A stretch of 64,000 bases of DNA from Candidatus Tanganyikabacteria bacterium (GTDB taxonomy: Bacteria > Cyanobacteriota > Sericytochromatia > S15B-MN24 > VGJW01): positions 17-64,016 of the forward strand of contig VGJW01000017.1 of NCBI GenBank assembly GCA_016867265.1, read 5' to 3'. Under the pieces are notes generated by a model. The model worked only from the letters and a program-made list of their open reading frames with translations. It did no database searches and was not told the origin of the DNA. Positions 7,822 to 16,846 of this stretch are shown piece by piece; the first letter of the stretch is position 1, and every line of letters starts with the position of its first letter. The position numbers and the translations under genes were made by a program.

Positions 7822-8510
7822 CGCGCCTCTGCCTCCATCCGCGCCAGTTCTTCGGGCCGCCCGAAAGTGTCGACCAATTCGGTGATGATCCGGTCCTCGT
7901 GTTCGGGCTGGAAGGCCACATGCAGGCGAGCGGCCAGATCGTCCCGCATGCGCCGGTAGACGAAGATGGCATACATCAGGGCCTGACCGATGGCCGCAGG
8001 CTCGGGCCCCGGGCAGGTCTGCGCCATCGACCAGGCAAGGTCCTCGGGGATGACGGCCTCGTCGCGGGCCTTGGGGTCCTCGGCCACCAGGCGACCGATC
8101 TCGAAGACCAGATCGCGCAGGTGCTGCATGTGCTTGATGGCCTTCCAGGGCTTGCCGCGCTGGACAAAGCCGAACGTCACCCACAAGTCGACCCAGAACT
8201 GATGGTTGATCTGCCCCAGGCGCTCCCACGGCTCGAGCATCACCTCGGGCTCGGGCACGCCGTCGATGTCGACCCGGACGACGATAAGGTCGGCCAGCAG
8301 GGCATCGAGTGAGCCCTCGGGACGATCGACCCGGTACAGGGGCCGTCCAAGCGTTTCGATGATCTGGTACCGATCCTGGGGCGGTACGGCTCCCTGGACC
8401 TCGATCTCGATGGCGATGGCGCCATCGGAACGTACCTGCCACCGACGGACCCGCGGATCATGCTCCAGCAAGCCCTGTGCCCGATGGACCAATGCATCGA
8501 CGTCCCGCAT
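7818..8510 (-). CDS. Hypothetical protein (230 aa), possibly a divergent nucleotidyltransferase-fold/Adenyl_transf-like protein
   Basis: Start MRDVDALV overlaps the upstream stop (TGATG). INHQFWVDLWVTFGFVQRGKPWKAIKHMQHLRD resembles the helical C-domain of ANT(6)-type adenylyltransferases. No clear GS...DxD motif. Confidence 0.6.
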   Translation of the reverse strand: MRDVDALVHRAQGLLEHDPRVRRWQVRSDGAIAIEIEVQGAVPPQDRYQIIETLGRPLYRVDRPEGSLDALLADLIVVRVDIDGVPEPEVMLEPWERLGQINHQFWVDLWVTFGFVQRGKPWKAIKHMQHLRDLVFEIGRLVAEDPKARDEAVIPEDLAWSMAQTCPGPEPAAIGQALMYAIFVYRRMRDDLAARLHVAFQPEHEDRIITELVDTFGRPEELARMEAEAR

Positions 8511-9493
8511 CAGGCATTCCCCCCGGACATGGTGGCGCCGCAATGGCCGCAGAAGCGATGGCCAACCGGCAGGTCGGTCGCCCCGCAAGAAGCACACGTG
8601 GCGAAGGCAGGCCCGTCGGGCAGTTCGGCACCATGCCCGGTTGCGACGCGGTCACGCAGCATCGCGTAGTCGACGTGGCGCTTCTCGACGAACGCCCCCA
8701 GGCCCTCGGCCGTCTCGTGGACGCCGGCATGAAGCGTCAGCCAGTCCCGGGCGTGGCCGATGGTCTGGTAGTAACTGAAGTCCTTCCAGAAGTCGACTTG
8801 CTGCTTGGTGTAACGCGTACACTCTGGCAACTTGTTGACTAGCTTGTCCACAATCTCATCAACAACAGCATCCAGGTCAGCCCGAGGCACGACGCGGTTG
8901 ACGAGGCCCCAGTCCAGTGCCTGCAGCGCCGGCACTTCCTCGCACAACATCAGCATCTCGCGGGCGCGCCTGTCCCCCATGATGATGGGCAGCCACTGCG
9001 TGGCGCCGGCCGCCGGCACCGAACCGCGCGCCGGCCCCACGTGCCGGATGTAGGCATCCTCGACCATCACGGCCAGGTCGCAGGCCATGTTGAACTCGTT
9101 GCCGCCGCCGACCACAAGACCATTGAGGCGTGCCACCGAGGGCTTGCCCACCCGACGCAACTGCTCGAGAGCCGCCGTGAAGGCCCCCATCCACTTCCAG
9201 TAGTCCTGAGGCCGCGCGAGGAAGGCAGTCTGCTCCTTGACGTCCGCGCCCGTGCAGAACGCCGTCTCGCCTGCACCCGTCAGGACCACGACGGCCGCGT
9301 CGTCGTCCATCGAGGCGTCCTCGAAGGCCTGGCGCAGTTCGAGCAGCGTCGGCAGATTCAGGCAGTTCAGGACACCGGGCCGGTTGATGGTGACGGTCGC
9401 CCTGCGTCCGCCCTTGGTGTAGAGGATGTTGCGGAAGCCGAAGCTGTCGGCAGGGCGACCGGCGAGTCGGAAATCCGGGGCCACGGCCGTCAT
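8510..9493 (-). CDS. Crotonase-superfamily protein with a C-terminal zinc ribbon
   Basis: 327 aa from MTAVAPDF (ATGA overlap). VVLTGAGETAFCTGADV, ARLNGLVVGGGNEFNMACDLAV. The C-terminus is CASCGATDLPVGHRFCGHCGATM (CxxC-x11-CxxC). Confidence 0.8.
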   Translation of the reverse strand: MTAVAPDFRLAGRPADSFGFRNILYTKGGRRATVTINRPGVLNCLNLPTLLELRQAFEDASMDDDAAVVVLTGAGETAFCTGADVKEQTAFLARPQDYWKWMGAFTAALEQLRRVGKPSVARLNGLVVGGGNEFNMACDLAVMVEDAYIRHVGPARGSVPAAGATQWLPIIMGDRRAREMLMLCEEVPALQALDWGLVNRVVPRADLDAVVDEIVDKLVNKLPECTRYTKQQVDFWKDFSYYQTIGHARDWLTLHAGVHETAEGLGAFVEKRHVDYAMLRDRVATGHGAELPDGPAFATCASCGATDLPVGHRFCGHCGATMSGGNA

Positions 9494-9828
9494 GCGTCCG
9501 CTCCGGCCGCGACGGCGGGGTCCCACGCCTCGGACTCGGCAAGATGCGCGGTCCAGCCGGCGCCCGCGATGTCTTGGATGTTGGCACCGGCAGCGGCCCA
9601 CTCGGGGGTCTTCGCGGCAGCCTTGAAGGCCGCGGCGTCGGCAAAGTTGACGAGGGCCACCATCCAAGTGTCGGCGCCCGTGCCGACGACCTGGCGCGAG
9701 GGCTTGAGCACCGTACATGAAGCCAGTCCCGGCACGCGCGCAAGCAACGGCAGATGCTCCTCGCGATAGCGGCGTTCGAACTCCTCGGGGTTCGCCGGCG
9801 TCGCATACGTGGCCATGAACGTGAACAT
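9490..9828 (-). CDS. EthD-family protein
   Basis: 112 aa from ATG behind GGAGGG. MFTFMATYATPANPEEFERRYREEHLPLL is the typical EthD/TIGR02118-like N-terminus. Confidence 0.7.
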   Translation of the reverse strand: MFTFMATYATPANPEEFERRYREEHLPLLARVPGLASCTVLKPSRQVVGTGADTWMVALVNFADAAAFKAAAKTPEWAAAGANIQDIAGAGWTAHLAESEAWDPAVAAGADA

Positions 9829-9966
9829 CGTCACCCTCCCCATGGGCCGCCCCATCACGGCCGGCCTCCGTGATACGCCGGGCAGCCAGCAGCGTCAAGG
9901 CAAACATGACGGAGGCCGGCCATCCGATTGGCCGACGAACACCGCGTCGGGGGTACAATGGCATGA

Positions 9967-10659
9967 ATGAAACCGTCTCCGCTTCGCGTCGGCCCGATGT
10001 TGCCCCACATCGACCTCGCCAACGCCATCACGCTGGCCGGGCTCGCAATGGGCCTTCTGGCGTCCTGGCTGGCCATCCAGGGGCAGCCAAACCTGGCCCT
10101 CGTCGCCCTGATCTGGGCGGGCATCGCCGACATGCTGGACGGACCGGTCGCGCGCAACCTGCCGCGCTCCGAGATGGCATCCGGGATGGGCAAGGAGCTG
10201 GATAGCCTCGCGGACATGTGCTCCTTCGGCTTCGCGCCGGCGATCATCTCGTTGCAACTGGGCCTCGGGCACTTCCCCCTTGCCGTCCTGTCCGTATTCG
10301 TCTACCTCGGAGCCCCGGCCATTCGCCTCGCCTACTTCAATCGCCAAGGCCTCGAGGTCACCGGGGGCCGCCCGATGTTCACCGGCCTCCCCGTGACCTC
10401 CGTGGCCGGCATCCTGCCCCTGGCCGGCCTGGCCCTGCCCGTGCTGCCCGAAGCGTGGCGCGTCCCGTTCCTGTGTGGCGTCCTGCTCCTGCTCGCCGCA
10501 GCCATGGTCTCCGGTCTGCGCATCCCCAAGCCGCGCAAGGCCGGCGTAGTCGTCGCAGGCCTGATGGCGCTGACCCTGACCTTCCTGCACGTCCAGGCCG
10601 CCTATCGGCAGCTGGCGCCCGCTACGGCCGAGGCTGCAAGGCTCGTCGATACTCCGTGA
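9967..10659 (+). CDS. pssA: CDP-diacylglycerol--serine O-phosphatidyltransferase (CDP-alcohol phosphatidyltransferase family)
   Basis: DMLDGPVARNLPRSEMASGMGKELDSLAD matches D-G-x2-A-R-x8-G-x3-D-x3-D. Multiple TM helices. Coupled to psd. The start could be the internal ATG at 9997. Confidence 0.85.
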   Translation: MKPSPLRVGPMLPHIDLANAITLAGLAMGLLASWLAIQGQPNLALVALIWAGIADMLDGPVARNLPRSEMASGMGKELDSLADMCSFGFAPAIISLQLGLGHFPLAVLSVFVYLGAPAIRLAYFNRQGLEVTGGRPMFTGLPVTSVAGILPLAGLALPVLPEAWRVPFLCGVLLLLAAAMVSGLRIPKPRKAGVVVAGLMALTLTFLHVQAAYRQLAPATAEAARLVDTP

Positions 10660-11570
10660 CCGGCGACTGGGCGTCCCCGCCGGGACCCGGCCTCATCCGC
10701 AATCGGCACGACGGCACCTGGTTCCGTGAGATCGTCCACGGAGGGTGGGCTGTTCAGGCGCTCTACGGGCCACCTTTCACCCTGGGACTCAGATGGCTGC
10801 TGGCCCACGTGCCCGCCGTCAGTCGCGCCTACGGACGCCTTCAGGAACGCCCGGCAAGTCGGCTGGCCATCGCTCCCTTCATCCGGCGCTTCGGCCTGGA
10901 CACCACGGAGTTTCTCGAGGCACCCGAGTCTTTTCCGCACTTCAATGCCTTCTTTGCACGTCGCCTGAGGTCCGAGGCCCGCCCCCTCGATCCCGACCCT
11001 GACCGGTTGCTGTCGCCGGGCGACGGCAAGATCCTCGTCTTTCCCAGCATCGGCACGCATCTCGAGATGCCTGTCAAGGGCGCGGCCGCACGGCTGGAAA
11101 CCCTGCTCGGCAGCCCGGACCTAGCGGCGGCCTACCGGGGCGGCAGCGGCCTGGTCCTGCGCCTTGCCCCCTACGACTACCACCGGTTCCACTTTCCGGC
11201 GTCGGGTCAGGCAGGGCCCACCAAGACCCTCGCAGGCCCCTTGCACTCGGTTCATCCCCTGGCCTTGGCACGGGTACCAGGGATTCTCGAGGCCAACTTG
11301 AGAACCCTGACCTTCCTCGACACCCTGGCCTTCGGGCGCCTTGCCCTCATCGAAGTGGGTGCGCTCTGCGTGGGCTCCATCGTCCAGACGCATGAACCCG
11401 GCCCCATCACCCGAGGCCAGGAAAAGGGCCATTTCGCCTTCGGGGGATCCACCACCCTGCTGCTGGCCGAACCGGGCCGTGTCCGTTTCGACGAGGATCT
11501 CGTGGCGGCGAGCCTGCGTGGTGTCGAGGTGCAGGTCCGCATGGGCTCTGCCATCGCGACACGCGGCTGA
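10656..11570 (+). CDS. psd: Phosphatidylserine decarboxylase proenzyme
   Basis: GTG 10656 overlaps the pssA stop (GTGA). YHRFHFP and FAFGGSTT (self-cleavage GST motif). The N-terminal part of the track ORF is rejected. Confidence 0.85.
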   Translation: MTGDWASPPGPGLIRNRHDGTWFREIVHGGWAVQALYGPPFTLGLRWLLAHVPAVSRAYGRLQERPASRLAIAPFIRRFGLDTTEFLEAPESFPHFNAFFARRLRSEARPLDPDPDRLLSPGDGKILVFPSIGTHLEMPVKGAAARLETLLGSPDLAAAYRGGSGLVLRLAPYDYHRFHFPASGQAGPTKTLAGPLHSVHPLALARVPGILEANLRTLTFLDTLAFGRLALIEVGALCVGSIVQTHEPGPITRGQEKGHFAFGGSTTLLLAEPGRVRFDEDLVAASLRGVEVQVRMGSAIATRG

Positions 11571-11637
11571 ATCGGGCACGTGACGGGCACCGTCCGCCGC
11601 GCGCAAGGTAGAATCAGGACATCGGGAGGGTTCCTGC

Positions 11638-12963
11638 ATGTCCGTCTTCGCTGCACGCCGCCAGCGCTTCCTCGAGGCCCTCGGCCAAGGCGTCGCCATC
11701 CTGCCCACGCGTCCTCACGCTGTCCGCTCCCACGATGTCGAGCATCCCTACCGCTTCGACAGCGACTTCTGGTACCTGACGGGTTTCGGTGAGCCTGATG
11801 CAGTAGCCGTCTTCGTACCCGGCAGGGCTGAAGGCTCGTTCATCCTGTTCGTCTCGCCGCGGGACCCCGAACGAGAGGTCTGGACCGGACGCCGTGCCGG
11901 TGTCGAAGGCGCCGTGGCGCGCTTCGGCGCCGACGAGGCCCACTCCATCGAGGACCTCGACAAGGTCCTGCCAGACCTGATCCGGGGTCAGCAACGCGTC
12001 TGGTTCCCGTGGGGCCGGGACGCTGCTTGGGACCAGCGGGTCCGCAGTTGGGTCGATACGCTGCGTGGCAAGGCCCGGATGGGCATCACACCGCCCTCCG
12101 AGATGGTCGACCCGTTGCCGATCCTGCACGAGATGCGCCTGTTCAAGGAAGCGGCCGAGATCGGCCTGATGCGGCGTGCCGCAGACATCGCCGCCGAGGC
12201 ACATCTGTCTGCGATGCGGGCCGCGGCACCGGGCGCCCACGAGTACCAGTTGCAGGCCACGCTCGAGTACGTCTTCCGCTTGCGGGGCAGCCAAGGTCCT
12301 TCCTACCACCCCATCTGCGGTTCAGGAGCCAATGCCTGCATCCTGCACTACAACGAGAACGACGCGGTACTGCGCGACGGTGACCTGGTCCTCATCGATG
12401 CCGGATGCGAGGTGGAGGGTTACGCTTCGGACATCACGCGCGCCTTCCCTGTCAACGGCAAATTCTCGCCAGCCCAGCGCGCGGCCTACGACGTCGTGCT
12501 CGCCGCGCAGCACGCGGCGATAGCTCGCTGCGTGCCCGGAATCGCCTTTGATGACGTGCACGGCGCAGCCCTTGACGTGCTGGTCGAAGGCCTCGTCGAC
12601 TTGGGGATCCTTGCGGGCGATCCGGCCGAGCTCAAAGCCACTGGCGCGTTCAGGCCCTACTACATGCACCGCACGAGCCATTGGCTTGGGCTCGATGTCC
12701 ACGACGTGGGCAGCTACAGGCAAGGCGGCGCCTCACGGACCCTGAAGCCCGGCATGGTGCTGACCGTTGAGCCGGGCCTGTACCTGGCTGCCGGAACACC
12801 TGGCCTCGATGCACGCTGGCACGACATCGGCATCCGCATCGAGGACGACATTCTGGTGACGGAAACGGGACCGGACAACCTTACGGCAGGTGTCACGACG
12901 GACCCCGATGCCATCGAGGCCTGGATGGCGGCAGGCCCTGAGCCGGCCCTGAGCCTGCGTTAG
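11638..12963 (+). CDS. pepP: Xaa-Pro aminopeptidase (M24B)
   Basis: 441 aa. PYRFDSDFWYLTGF, DLVLIDAGCEVEGYASDITR, HWLGLDVHD, TVEPG, GIRIEDD metal-ligand blocks. Confidence 0.9.
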   Translation: MSVFAARRQRFLEALGQGVAILPTRPHAVRSHDVEHPYRFDSDFWYLTGFGEPDAVAVFVPGRAEGSFILFVSPRDPEREVWTGRRAGVEGAVARFGADEAHSIEDLDKVLPDLIRGQQRVWFPWGRDAAWDQRVRSWVDTLRGKARMGITPPSEMVDPLPILHEMRLFKEAAEIGLMRRAADIAAEAHLSAMRAAAPGAHEYQLQATLEYVFRLRGSQGPSYHPICGSGANACILHYNENDAVLRDGDLVLIDAGCEVEGYASDITRAFPVNGKFSPAQRAAYDVVLAAQHAAIARCVPGIAFDDVHGAALDVLVEGLVDLGILAGDPAELKATGAFRPYYMHRTSHWLGLDVHDVGSYRQGGASRTLKPGMVLTVEPGLYLAAGTPGLDARWHDIGIRIEDDILVTETGPDNLTAGVTTDPDAIEAWMAAGPEPALSLR

Positions 12964-12966
12964 GCG

Positions 12967-13644
12967 CTAATCGACCAGGCCCCGCAGCGCCTTGGACACC
13001 AGACCATCCTGACCCACTGCTGCGGCGTGCCGCTCGGCACCGGTCGTCGCCCACTCATTCAGTGCCTTGCGCCACTCGGGCTTGGCCGCCCGGATCGCGG
13101 CACGATGCCGCACGACGCCCTCGTCCACAAGGGCACGCATCTTGCCGGCGATGCCCTTTTCCATCGATTTGAAGACCCGATTGTGCCGCTGGAGGCCCGA
13201 ACCATAGATTTTGAGCACCTGTCGGCGCTGGGCTGAATCAAGCAACACCAAGGCGACATCCTGACGCTTGGCGCCAAGGTAGATGCGATTGTCGATCTGG
13301 TTGCGCGCCGCACTCAACACCAGTTGGACACCCTTGTCATGGGCGCGGACACCAACGCGCAAGCCCTTGTCGAGTGCCTTGGTGGCCATATCGAGCCCCT
13401 TGGACGCAGCCTTGGCGAGATCCGCCTTCCGGGCAGCCTGAGCCGCTGCGACGGCATCCTCGAGCCTTCCGGCCACACGCAGGTGACTGGCGACGCCGTT
13501 GCGGGCCAACTGCCGGCTGATTGCCACGGCGTCACGGCCGATGCGCGGAACGGATGCCGCCACGCGACCTGCTCCGGCAACGACTCCAGGTGCCACCTTG
13601 GGCGCCACCTGTGCTGCCTTGCCGACTGCCTGCCAAATGCCCAC
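12967..13644 (-). CDS. Hypothetical protein (225 aa, helical, K/A-rich)
   Basis: GTG start. Balanced composition (K, D, N, I, Y), unlike the shadow frames. No motif recognised. Confidence 0.55.
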   Translation of the reverse strand: MGIWQAVGKAAQVAPKVAPGVVAGAGRVAASVPRIGRDAVAISRQLARNGVASHLRVAGRLEDAVAAAQAARKADLAKAASKGLDMATKALDKGLRVGVRAHDKGVQLVLSAARNQIDNRIYLGAKRQDVALVLLDSAQRRQVLKIYGSGLQRHNRVFKSMEKGIAGKMRALVDEGVVRHRAAIRAAKPEWRKALNEWATTGAERHAAAVGQDGLVSKALRGLVD

Positions 13645-13657
13645 GCGTTCATCCCCC

Positions 13658-13678
13658 TGGCTTCCCCCCCGGAAGCCA
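13658..13678 (-). terminator. Hairpin TGGCTTCC-N5-GGAAGCCA downstream of the E1-alpha gene
   Basis: 8-bp stem read directly. It lies 58 nt after the stop at 13737 and 14 nt before the next start. No T-tract. Confidence 0.35.
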
Positions 13679-13736
13679 AGAGGACTATCGCCCGGAAGTC
13701 GCCCGGGTTGCCCAAGGTCAGGTTAAGTCTTCGGAG

Positions 13737-14774
13737 CTAATGCGCCCTGAGCGCCTCTCGGGCTTGCGCCGCGATGTGCCAAGGCTGCTCGGCATAGATA
13801 TCGTCGAACATCGTCCGCATTTCGGGCTGGGGCGTCTGCTCAGCCTCTTCAACCGCCCGTTCGATCTCTTTGCGAACATCGGCCAGGACCGCTGCGCGCT
13901 CGGCCTCGGACAACCCCAAGGCATCCGCCATCCGAGGCAGGGGGTCCTTCTTGCGCCAAGCTTCGAGTTCAGTTTCCGGCCGGTACTTCGTCGGATCGTC
14001 CGACGTGCTGTGAGCACCCAGCCTGTAGGTCATGGCCTCGACCAGCGTCGGCCCACCGCCCGTGCGCGCTCGGTGCAGGGCCTCGGCGACGACCTGGTGC
14101 ACCGCCAGGGCATCATTGCCATCGACCCGTACGCCGTGCAGGCCGAGCGCCGGTGCACGACGGACGATCTCCCCTGCCGTCTGACGCGCCGTCGGAACGG
14201 AAATAGCCCAACCGTTGTTCTGACAGACGAAGACGACCGGGGCCCTGCGTCGGGCCGCAACCGTCATCCCGGTGTGAATGTCACCCTCCGAGGAGGTGCC
14301 ATCGCCGAAGTAGGTAATGACGGCGCCGGGTTCCCCCTTGGCCTGCTTGGCCATGGCGGCACCCACCGCCTGCGGCACCTGATTCCCCACCGGCGCACTC
14401 ACCGACACGAAGTTGACTTCGCGGAAGCTGTATTCGGGCGGCAGGTTGCGGCCGATGATGCTGTCTGCGGCGTTGGCATAGAGATGATGGAAGAGGCGGA
14501 CGGTCGGGATACCGCGCACCAGCGCAAGCGCGTGCTCTCGATAGCTGGGAAAGGCCCAGTCATCGGCCTCGAGCGCGAAGGCGCTGCCGACGATGGCCCC
14601 TTCCTGGCCCTCGGAACCCAGCCAGGAGCCGATGCGGCCCTGGCGCTGCAACGCGATGGCCCGGTGGTGAATCTCGCGCATCAGCAACATCGTCCGGTAC
14701 AGCCTGTGCTGTTCCGACAGGGCCAGCAAGGCGGGCGACGCGGTCGAGATCGTGGGCAGCATGCCGTCGATCAT
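13737..14774 (-). CDS. Thiamine-diphosphate-dependent 2-oxoacid dehydrogenase E1 component, alpha subunit (no beta subunit adjacent)
   Basis: 345 aa from MIDGMLPT. SYREHALAL, YFGDGTSSEGDIHTGMTVAA...VFVCQNNGWAIS (GDG...NN TPP motif), YRLGAHSTSDDP. Confidence 0.85.
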   Translation of the reverse strand: MIDGMLPTISTASPALLALSEQHRLYRTMLLMREIHHRAIALQRQGRIGSWLGSEGQEGAIVGSAFALEADDWAFPSYREHALALVRGIPTVRLFHHLYANAADSIIGRNLPPEYSFREVNFVSVSAPVGNQVPQAVGAAMAKQAKGEPGAVITYFGDGTSSEGDIHTGMTVAARRRAPVVFVCQNNGWAISVPTARQTAGEIVRRAPALGLHGVRVDGNDALAVHQVVAEALHRARTGGGPTLVEAMTYRLGAHSTSDDPTKYRPETELEAWRKKDPLPRMADALGLSEAERAAVLADVRKEIERAVEEAEQTPQPEMRTMFDDIYAEQPWHIAAQAREALRAH

Positions 14775-14796
14775 AGCGCGAACCGCCGGTGGACGG

Positions 14797-15657
14797 TCAG
14801 TGTCCGAGCGGGCAACCGCCGCCGGGGGGGTCCTCACGACGGGGTGCCGGGGCCGAAGCGGACCAACCCGCCACGCCGTCGCCGAGGCGCGAGCGAACCT
14901 GCCACAACATCGGGAAGGCGCGGCGCTCGAGCGTGGTCTTGAGGTAGGCGACACCCTCCGAGCCACCGGTGCCGGGCAACTCGCCGATAATCCGGGAAAC
15001 CACCATCACATGGTGGTATCGCCATTGGGCGAGCAAGGCATCGAAGTCCACGAGCGACTCGGCCAACATGTAGAGATCGACGTTGGCCTCGTAGTTGCGG
15101 TACAGCAGTTCGAGCGCCTCTTCGTGGCCCACGCCGGGGAAGCGGTGGGTCAGGACGCCCAGGAATCCCTCCCAGAGCGTCTTCCGACTGCCGTAGTCCC
15201 GCAAGCCCTGCTGCATCTCGGGACGCTGCGCAAAGAAATTCATGTAGGCCTCGTCACGAAGGCCGGCAAGAAACTCGATCTCGCGGAACTGCAAGGACTG
15301 GAAGCCGCTGGCCGGCCGCAGGATGTCGCGGAACTCGGCAAACTCCTGCGGGGACATGGTCTCGAGCACGTGGATCTGGTGCAGAAGCAGGTCCTGTACC
15401 CGGGTGACCCGCCGCATGAAGTGGTGCGCACGCAGCACCTTGCGCTCGACCATGCAGGTCATCGCCACATCGAGCTCATGCAGCATCAGCTTGAACCAGA
15501 GTTCGTAGGCCTGATGGATGACAATGAAGAGCAGTTCGTCGTGGTGGGGCGGATCCGACTGGGGCTGCTGGAGCTCCAGCATCTCGCGGATCCTGAGGTA
15601 GTCCCCGTAGGTCATGGCCTCGGGTCCGGGAGCGTCCGGCAGTCGGGGGGCCGTCAT
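14797..15657 (-). CDS. kynA: Tryptophan 2,3-dioxygenase
   Basis: TYGDYLRIREMLELQQP...HHDELLFIVIHQAYELWFKLMLHE...SGFQSLQFREIEF...WRYHHVMVVSRIIG. The start is either ATG 15657 or 15615. Confidence 0.9.
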   Translation of the reverse strand: MTAPRLPDAPGPEAMTYGDYLRIREMLELQQPQSDPPHHDELLFIVIHQAYELWFKLMLHELDVAMTCMVERKVLRAHHFMRRVTRVQDLLLHQIHVLETMSPQEFAEFRDILRPASGFQSLQFREIEFLAGLRDEAYMNFFAQRPEMQQGLRDYGSRKTLWEGFLGVLTHRFPGVGHEEALELLYRNYEANVDLYMLAESLVDFDALLAQWRYHHVMVVSRIIGELPGTGGSEGVAYLKTTLERRAFPMLWQVRSRLGDGVAGWSASAPAPRREDPPGGGCPLGH

Positions 15658-15730
15658 GCGCCGATGGTACCATGGGCCCTGCGGCGCGGTCGCTGGGGAC
15701 CGGACGCCGCTTCGACTGAGGAAGATCCCG

Positions 15731-16846
15731 ATGTTCCCGCTCAACAAGGGTGGTGCGCCACCGCAGGCTCATGTCGGCCTGCCCGAAGGCACCGTCGAGG
15801 AAGAATTCGGCCGCAGCGGCTTCTTCGGACGTGCGACCCACCTTTACCATCGGCACGCACCGACCGGATGGACCCGAATCGAGGGCCCCACCCGCCCCCG
15901 GGCCATGCACGCGACAGCCCTCGTCCCGCCCGACCATCTTGATGCCCGCGGCCTGCCCCAGCCCTTTCTCCGAAATGCCGACGTCACGCTTTGCATGTCC
16001 CGGCGCCAAGACGCCATGCCGTTCTGGTTCCGTGACGCGGACCGCGACCTCGTCCATTTCGTCCACCGCGGCACGGGCCTGCTCGAGACGGACTTCGGCC
16101 CGTTGCGCTACGAACCGGGCGACTACCTCGTCATCCCCCGCGGCATCACCCATCGCTGGGTTCCGGACACCGGTTCGGAACAGGTCCAGCTCGTCATCGA
16201 ATCCGCGACCGAGATCCGCCTGCCCGAACGCGGCATGCTGGGCCCTCATGCCCTCTTCGATCCGGGCATCATCCGCACGCCCGAGCCCGAGGCCCACGAG
16301 GCCACCGGTGAATTCGAGGTCCTGATTCGCCGTCGCGGCACCTTCACCTCGGTCTGGTATCCCTTCCATCCCCTCGACGTGGTGGCCTGGAAAGGTGACG
16401 CGACGGTCTGGCAACTCAACGTCCGAGACATACGACCCGTTGTCTCGCCGCGCTACCACCTACCGCCTTCCGTCCACACCACGTTCCTGGCACAGAACTT
16501 CGTCATCTGCTCGTTCCTGCCAAGGCCGCTCGAGACCGGAGACCCTACCGCACTGCGCGTGCCGTTCTTCCACCGCAACGCAGACTTCGACGAGGTCATC
16601 TTCTATCACGACGGGAACTTCTTCAGCCGCGACGGCATCCGCGCCGGTTGGGTCACGTACCATCCCTACGGCATCCATCACGGCCCTCATCCCCGGGCCC
16701 TCGCCAACCAGCACCTGAAGCACGAGACGGACGAGCAAGCCGTCATGGTGGACACCCGCAACCCGCTGGAAATCGTCCCGGAAGCCGCCCACGTCGACTG
16801 GGCCGAGTACCCCGATACGTGGAACCGGCAGGTCAATCCCGCGTAG
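15731..16846 (+). CDS. Homogentisate 1,2-dioxygenase-family protein (short form)
   Basis: 371 aa from ATG behind GAGGAAG. YEPGDYLVIPRGITHRW, FFHRNADFDEVIFYHDG, YHPYGIHHGPHP. Confidence 0.8.
   Translation: MFPLNKGGAPPQAHVGLPEGTVEEEFGRSGFFGRATHLYHRHAPTGWTRIEGPTRPRAMHATALVPPDHLDARGLPQPFLRNADVTLCMSRRQDAMPFWFRDADRDLVHFVHRGTGLLETDFGPLRYEPGDYLVIPRGITHRWVPDTGSEQVQLVIESATEIRLPERGMLGPHALFDPGIIRTPEPEAHEATGEFEVLIRRRGTFTSVWYPFHPLDVVAWKGDATVWQLNVRDIRPVVSPRYHLPPSVHTTFLAQNFVICSFLPRPLETGDPTALRVPFFHRNADFDEVIFYHDGNFFSRDGIRAGWVTYHPYGIHHGPHPRALANQHLKHETDEQAVMVDTRNPLEIVPEAAHVDWAEYPDTWNRQVNPA

Noticed and set aside
9494-9964. Upstream extension of the crotonase/zinc-ribbon ORF. The same issue affects 7822..8442, 8511..8597, 14775..14966, 15658..15747, 33371..33517 and 57841..57954.
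   Set aside because: The extensions are Arg-rich and overlap the upstream gene in another frame. In each case an internal start sits at a 1-4-nt overlap with the upstream stop or behind a good SD.
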